A stretch of DNA of 20,000 nucleotides from Candidatus Tectimicrobiota bacterium. Lineage in GTDB: Bacteria > JACPUC01. Where the stretch lies: assembly GCA_016192455.1 (NCBI GenBank), contig JACPUC010000016.1:60305-80304 (forward strand), given 5' to 3'. This document shows, in pieces, positions 17,311 through 20,000 of this stretch (positions within the stretch are counted from its first letter, which is position 1; the number at the start of each line of letters is the position of its first letter). Below the pieces are notes generated by a model, which was given only the letters and a program-made list of their open reading frames with translations, was not told the origin of the DNA and ran no database searches. The position numbers were made by a program, and so were the translations under genes.

Positions 17311-17475
17311 GAGGAAGCTGCACGAGCCCGAGGAGACCCGTCGCCGTAGCTCGGCAAGCTCGGCCAACGCCGGCGCGGGCCGACGCCGCGGCTGGTTCGT
17401 GAGACTGCCGTGGTTCACGTCACAGGCCGGAGTCGCGCCTGCGCGCCCTGGCCGCTGCTGGAGGAGATGCTGACG

Positions 17476-18360
17476 ATGGCAACGCGCCCCGCTGATCTTG
17501 CCGCTCTGCCGTTCGACGTGGATGTCGTGACCTTCAAAGCCACCGACGGCTTCCCCCTCAACGGCCTGCTCTATACGCCGACGGGAGGGGCCGCCACGGC
17601 GGCGCTCCTCGTGCATGGGAAGACCTGCAACCTCTTCGGCGTGCCCGGCGGCATGTCGCCCCGCGCCTTCGCCACGGCCGGCATCGCCTCCTTCGCCATC
17701 AACATGCGGGTCAACAGCCTCGGCTACTCGCGCGGCGACGTGCCGTTCCTCAACTGGGACGATTTCCAGTTCAACATGGCGGGCGGCGCCTGGGAGAAGC
17801 TGGAGGACGGCCACAAAGACCTGGAAGCCGCGGTGGCCTACCTGCACCGGCTCGGCTACGCGAAGATTGTGCTGGTCGGCCACAGCTCCGGCGGCTTCTA
17901 CTGCGGAGACTATGCGGGGCGCGCCCAGAACTTCGACGGCCTCATCCTCCTCTCGCCGCTGATGACGAACCGTTACTCCCTCGCCGCCTGGTTCAAGGAC
18001 GAAGCGGAAGCCCAGGCGACCGAGCAGCGGGCGCGGCAGATGGTCGCCGAGGGAGAAGGTCACCTCCTCATCCCTCTGCGCCATTGGTACTACGCGATCA
18101 GCGCCGCCACCCTCATCGACCGCATCAGCGAGCGCCCCGGCTGGTGGGATGACGCCTTGCGCAAGAACCGGAAGCCCACCCTCCTCCTTTACGGCGGCAC
18201 CGAGGCGCGGGTGAAGGAGTGGCACGAAAAGTTCGAGAAGGTGATCGCGGCCCCCCGCAAGGAGATCGTCGGCATCGAAGGCTCGGAGCACCTCTACCTC
18301 GGCTACGAGAACCAGGTGAACGAGGCGATGCTGGCCTTCATCCGACGCCACGTCCTGTAG
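17476..18360 (+). CDS. Alpha/beta-fold serine hydrolase (about 294 aa)
   Basis: GGAGGAG RBS 9 nt before ATG 17476 (alternative ATG 17467). LLVHG oxyanion loop, GHSSGG nucleophile elbow, IEGSEH catalytic His. Confidence 0.9.
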   Translation: MATRPADLAALPFDVDVVTFKATDGFPLNGLLYTPTGGAATAALLVHGKTCNLFGVPGGMSPRAFATAGIASFAINMRVNSLGYSRGDVPFLNWDDFQFNMAGGAWEKLEDGHKDLEAAVAYLHRLGYAKIVLVGHSSGGFYCGDYAGRAQNFDGLILLSPLMTNRYSLAAWFKDEAEAQATEQRARQMVAEGEGHLLIPLRHWYYAISAATLIDRISERPGWWDDALRKNRKPTLLLYGGTEARVKEWHEKFEKVIAAPRKEIVGIEGSEHLYLGYENQVNEAMLAFIRRHVL

Positions 18361-18447
18361 CAGTGGGGCGCCGGCGGACGGGGGGAGGAGCGTTCCGCCG
18401 CGGACAGGCGCGGGGCCATCCGCGCCGGGGGAAGAACGGGCTGGCAG

Positions 18448-18544
18448 AGAGGCCGAGCCACGCCGGCGAAGAAACCGTGGAATACAAAAGTTTTTTGGAA
18501 GGTTATGAAGAGCAGGGTGGAACAGAGGCCGAGCCACGCCGGCG
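18448..18544 (+). repeat. 21-bp perfect direct repeat flanking a 55-bp A/T-richer spacer
   Basis: AGAGGCCGAGCCACGCCGGCG at 18448-18468 and 18524-18544. Confidence 0.85.
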
Positions 18545-18568
18545 GTAGTGCGAAGTGACTGCTTCGCA
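18545..18568 (+). repeat. GTAG-hairpin, possible REP-like third subtype
   Basis: GTAG-TGCGAAG-TGACTG-CTTCGCA, perfect 7-bp stem; single copy in the window. Confidence 0.45.
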
Positions 18569-18590
18569 GCGAAGGGAGAGGCGGAAACCG

Positions 18591-20000
18591 ATGCCCCCTG
18601 CGGCAGTGCTCGCGAAGCGTGAGAAGCTGCACCTGAAGATCGGCGGCATGCAGTGCTCGTTCTGCGTGGAGAGCATTCGCAAGGCGTACCAGCGCATGGA
18701 CGGCGTGCTCGACGTGGCGGTGAGCCTGTCGCACGAAGAGGCGCTTCTTCAGTACGACCCAGCGAGGGTGACGCCGGCGGCGCTGACGGGCATCCTCTCC
18801 CGCCTTGGCTTTATGGTGCGCGATCCCAAGAAGGTGCGCTCCTTCGAGGAGGAGGCGGCGGAGGTCCACCAGCACCGCAGGCGACTGGCGTGGGCCGCGG
18901 GTTTCATGGCCGGCTCGCTGGCCGTGATGGGTGCGATGTGGTTTGGGGTCAGGCAGCCCTGGTTTCCGTGGCTCATGCTGGGGCTCGGCCTGGGAATGGT
19001 CTTCGGCGTCGGCTGGCCGTTCGTGAGGATGGCCTGGGCCGCCCTCCGCCGGGGCATCCTGAATCAGCACGTGCTGATGGAGTTCGGCGCCTTCGGCGGG
19101 CTGGCGGGAGGGGTTGTCGGGTTCTTCAAACAACCATGGCCTACCGGCGACTTCCTTGGGGCAGCCATTTTCATCACCGCCTACCACATCCTCTCGGCCT
19201 ACGTGTCGGTGATTGTTCGCACCAAGAGTTCGCAGGCGATCAAGAAGCTGATGGCGCTGCAGCCCGCCACCGCGAGAGTAGTGCGAGATGGTCAGGAAGA
19301 GGAGGTCTCCGTTGACGCGGTCCGGCCCGATGATCTCGTGCGCATCCGGCCTGGGGAGAGCATCCCGGTGGACGGCGTGGTGGTCGAAGGCTTCTCCGCG
19401 GTGAACCAGAGCCTCGTCACCGGCGAGCCCATGCCGCTTGATCGGAAGGTTGGCGACGAGGTCATCGGCGGCTCGGTGAACCAGACGGGCAGCCTGCTCG
19501 TGCGGGTGACGAGGGTCGGCGAGGAGAGCTTCCTGCACCAGGTGGCGCGCTCCATTCAGGAAGCCCGCGCCTTGAAGCCGGGGATCATCCAGCTCGTGGA
19601 GCGCGTGCTGAACTGGTTCGTCCCCGCAGTGCTCCTCGCCGCCGCCGCCGCGTTCCTCTTCTGGACGCTGGGAGCTTGGCTCCTGACCGGAGCGCCGAAC
19701 TTCAGCCGGGCCATCTTCGCCACCATGGCCGCCCTCGTCATGGGCTATCCCTGCGCGCTGGGGATGGCCACGCCGCTGGCGATGATCCGCGGCGGCGGCC
19801 TGGCGGCCCGGCGGGGCATCCTGATGCGGTCGGGGGAGGCCTTCCAGGTGCTGAAGGAGGTGCGCAAGGTGGTGCTGGACAAGACCGGCACGATCACCCG
19901 GGGCAAGCCGGAGGTGGTCGAGGTGGCGCCCGCGGAGCCGTATCAAGAAGGGCAGGTGCTGGCGCTCGCGGCGGCCGCGGAGAGTTCGTCGGAGCATCCG
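18591..20000 (+). CDS. Heavy-metal-translocating P1B-type ATPase (CopA-like, YPC variant); 3' end runs off the window
   Basis: Not in the ORF track (no stop). From ATG 18591: N-terminal metal-binding GGMQCSFC, TGEP actuator motif, TM motif MGYPCALGMATP (19746-19754), phosphorylation site DKTGT (19878), SEHP at the window end. Confidence 0.95.
   Translation, partial: MPPAAVLAKREKLHLKIGGMQCSFCVESIRKAYQRMDGVLDVAVSLSHEEALLQYDPARVTPAALTGILSRLGFMVRDPKKVRSFEEEAAEVHQHRRRLAWAAGFMAGSLAVMGAMWFGVRQPWFPWLMLGLGLGMVFGVGWPFVRMAWAALRRGILNQHVLMEFGAFGGLAGGVVGFFKQPWPTGDFLGAAIFITAYHILSAYVSVIVRTKSSQAIKKLMALQPATARVVRDGQEEEVSVDAVRPDDLVRIRPGESIPVDGVVVEGFSAVNQSLVTGEPMPLDRKVGDEVIGGSVNQTGSLLVRVTRVGEESFLHQVARSIQEARALKPGIIQLVERVLNWFVPAVLLAAAAAFLFWTLGAWLLTGAPNFSRAIFATMAALVMGYPCALGMATPLAMIRGGGLAARRGILMRSGEAFQVLKEVRKVVLDKTGTITRGKPEVVEVAPAEPYQEGQVLALAAAAESSSEHP

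Noticed and set aside
18448..18544. Mini CRISPR array
   Set aside because: Only two 21-nt repeats with a 55-nt spacer, and no cas genes; the dimensions are atypical.
7005..19997. Long opposite-strand ORFs (7005..8603, 8392..10059, 11757..12899, 12896..14482, 14387..16207, 15985..18537, 18303..19997)
   Set aside because: Expected stop-poor antisense frames of high-GC genes; each overlaps a motif-supported CDS and has no family motif.

Overview
GC-rich bacterial chromosomal window that is almost fully coding, with 17 metabolic/transport genes (two cut by the window edges). I see no mobile element, RNA gene, CRISPR array or transcription factor. Left to right: (i) a minus-strand NitT/TauT-type ABC importer (ATPase, permease, two tandem substrate-binding paralogues resembling B. 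subtilis YtlACD), with a 40-codon permease relic marking the duplication junction; (ii) a nitroreductase, a TauE/SafE membrane protein and an isochorismatase-family hydrolase; (iii) a plus-strand 4-gene unit: PaaK-family CoA ligase, phytoene-desaturase-family flavoprotein, MetE-like metal-binding barrel, CMD-family protein; (iv) an orphan LivJ-type binding protein plus an amidohydrolase_2, divergent from (v) an FAD_binding_2 dehydrogenase, a second amidohydrolase_2 and an alpha/beta hydrolase; (vi) a P1B heavy-metal ATPase with a YPC rather than CPC site. Intergenic gaps hold several GTAG-hairpin (REP-like) elements, a probable leaderless promoter and a 21-bp direct repeat. The best candidate for an undescribed system is the 6-18 kb enzyme cluster, which may be a catabolic pathway for an unknown aromatic or heterocyclic acid. 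That is inference from family membership only. All family calls are from motif recognition, not database searches.
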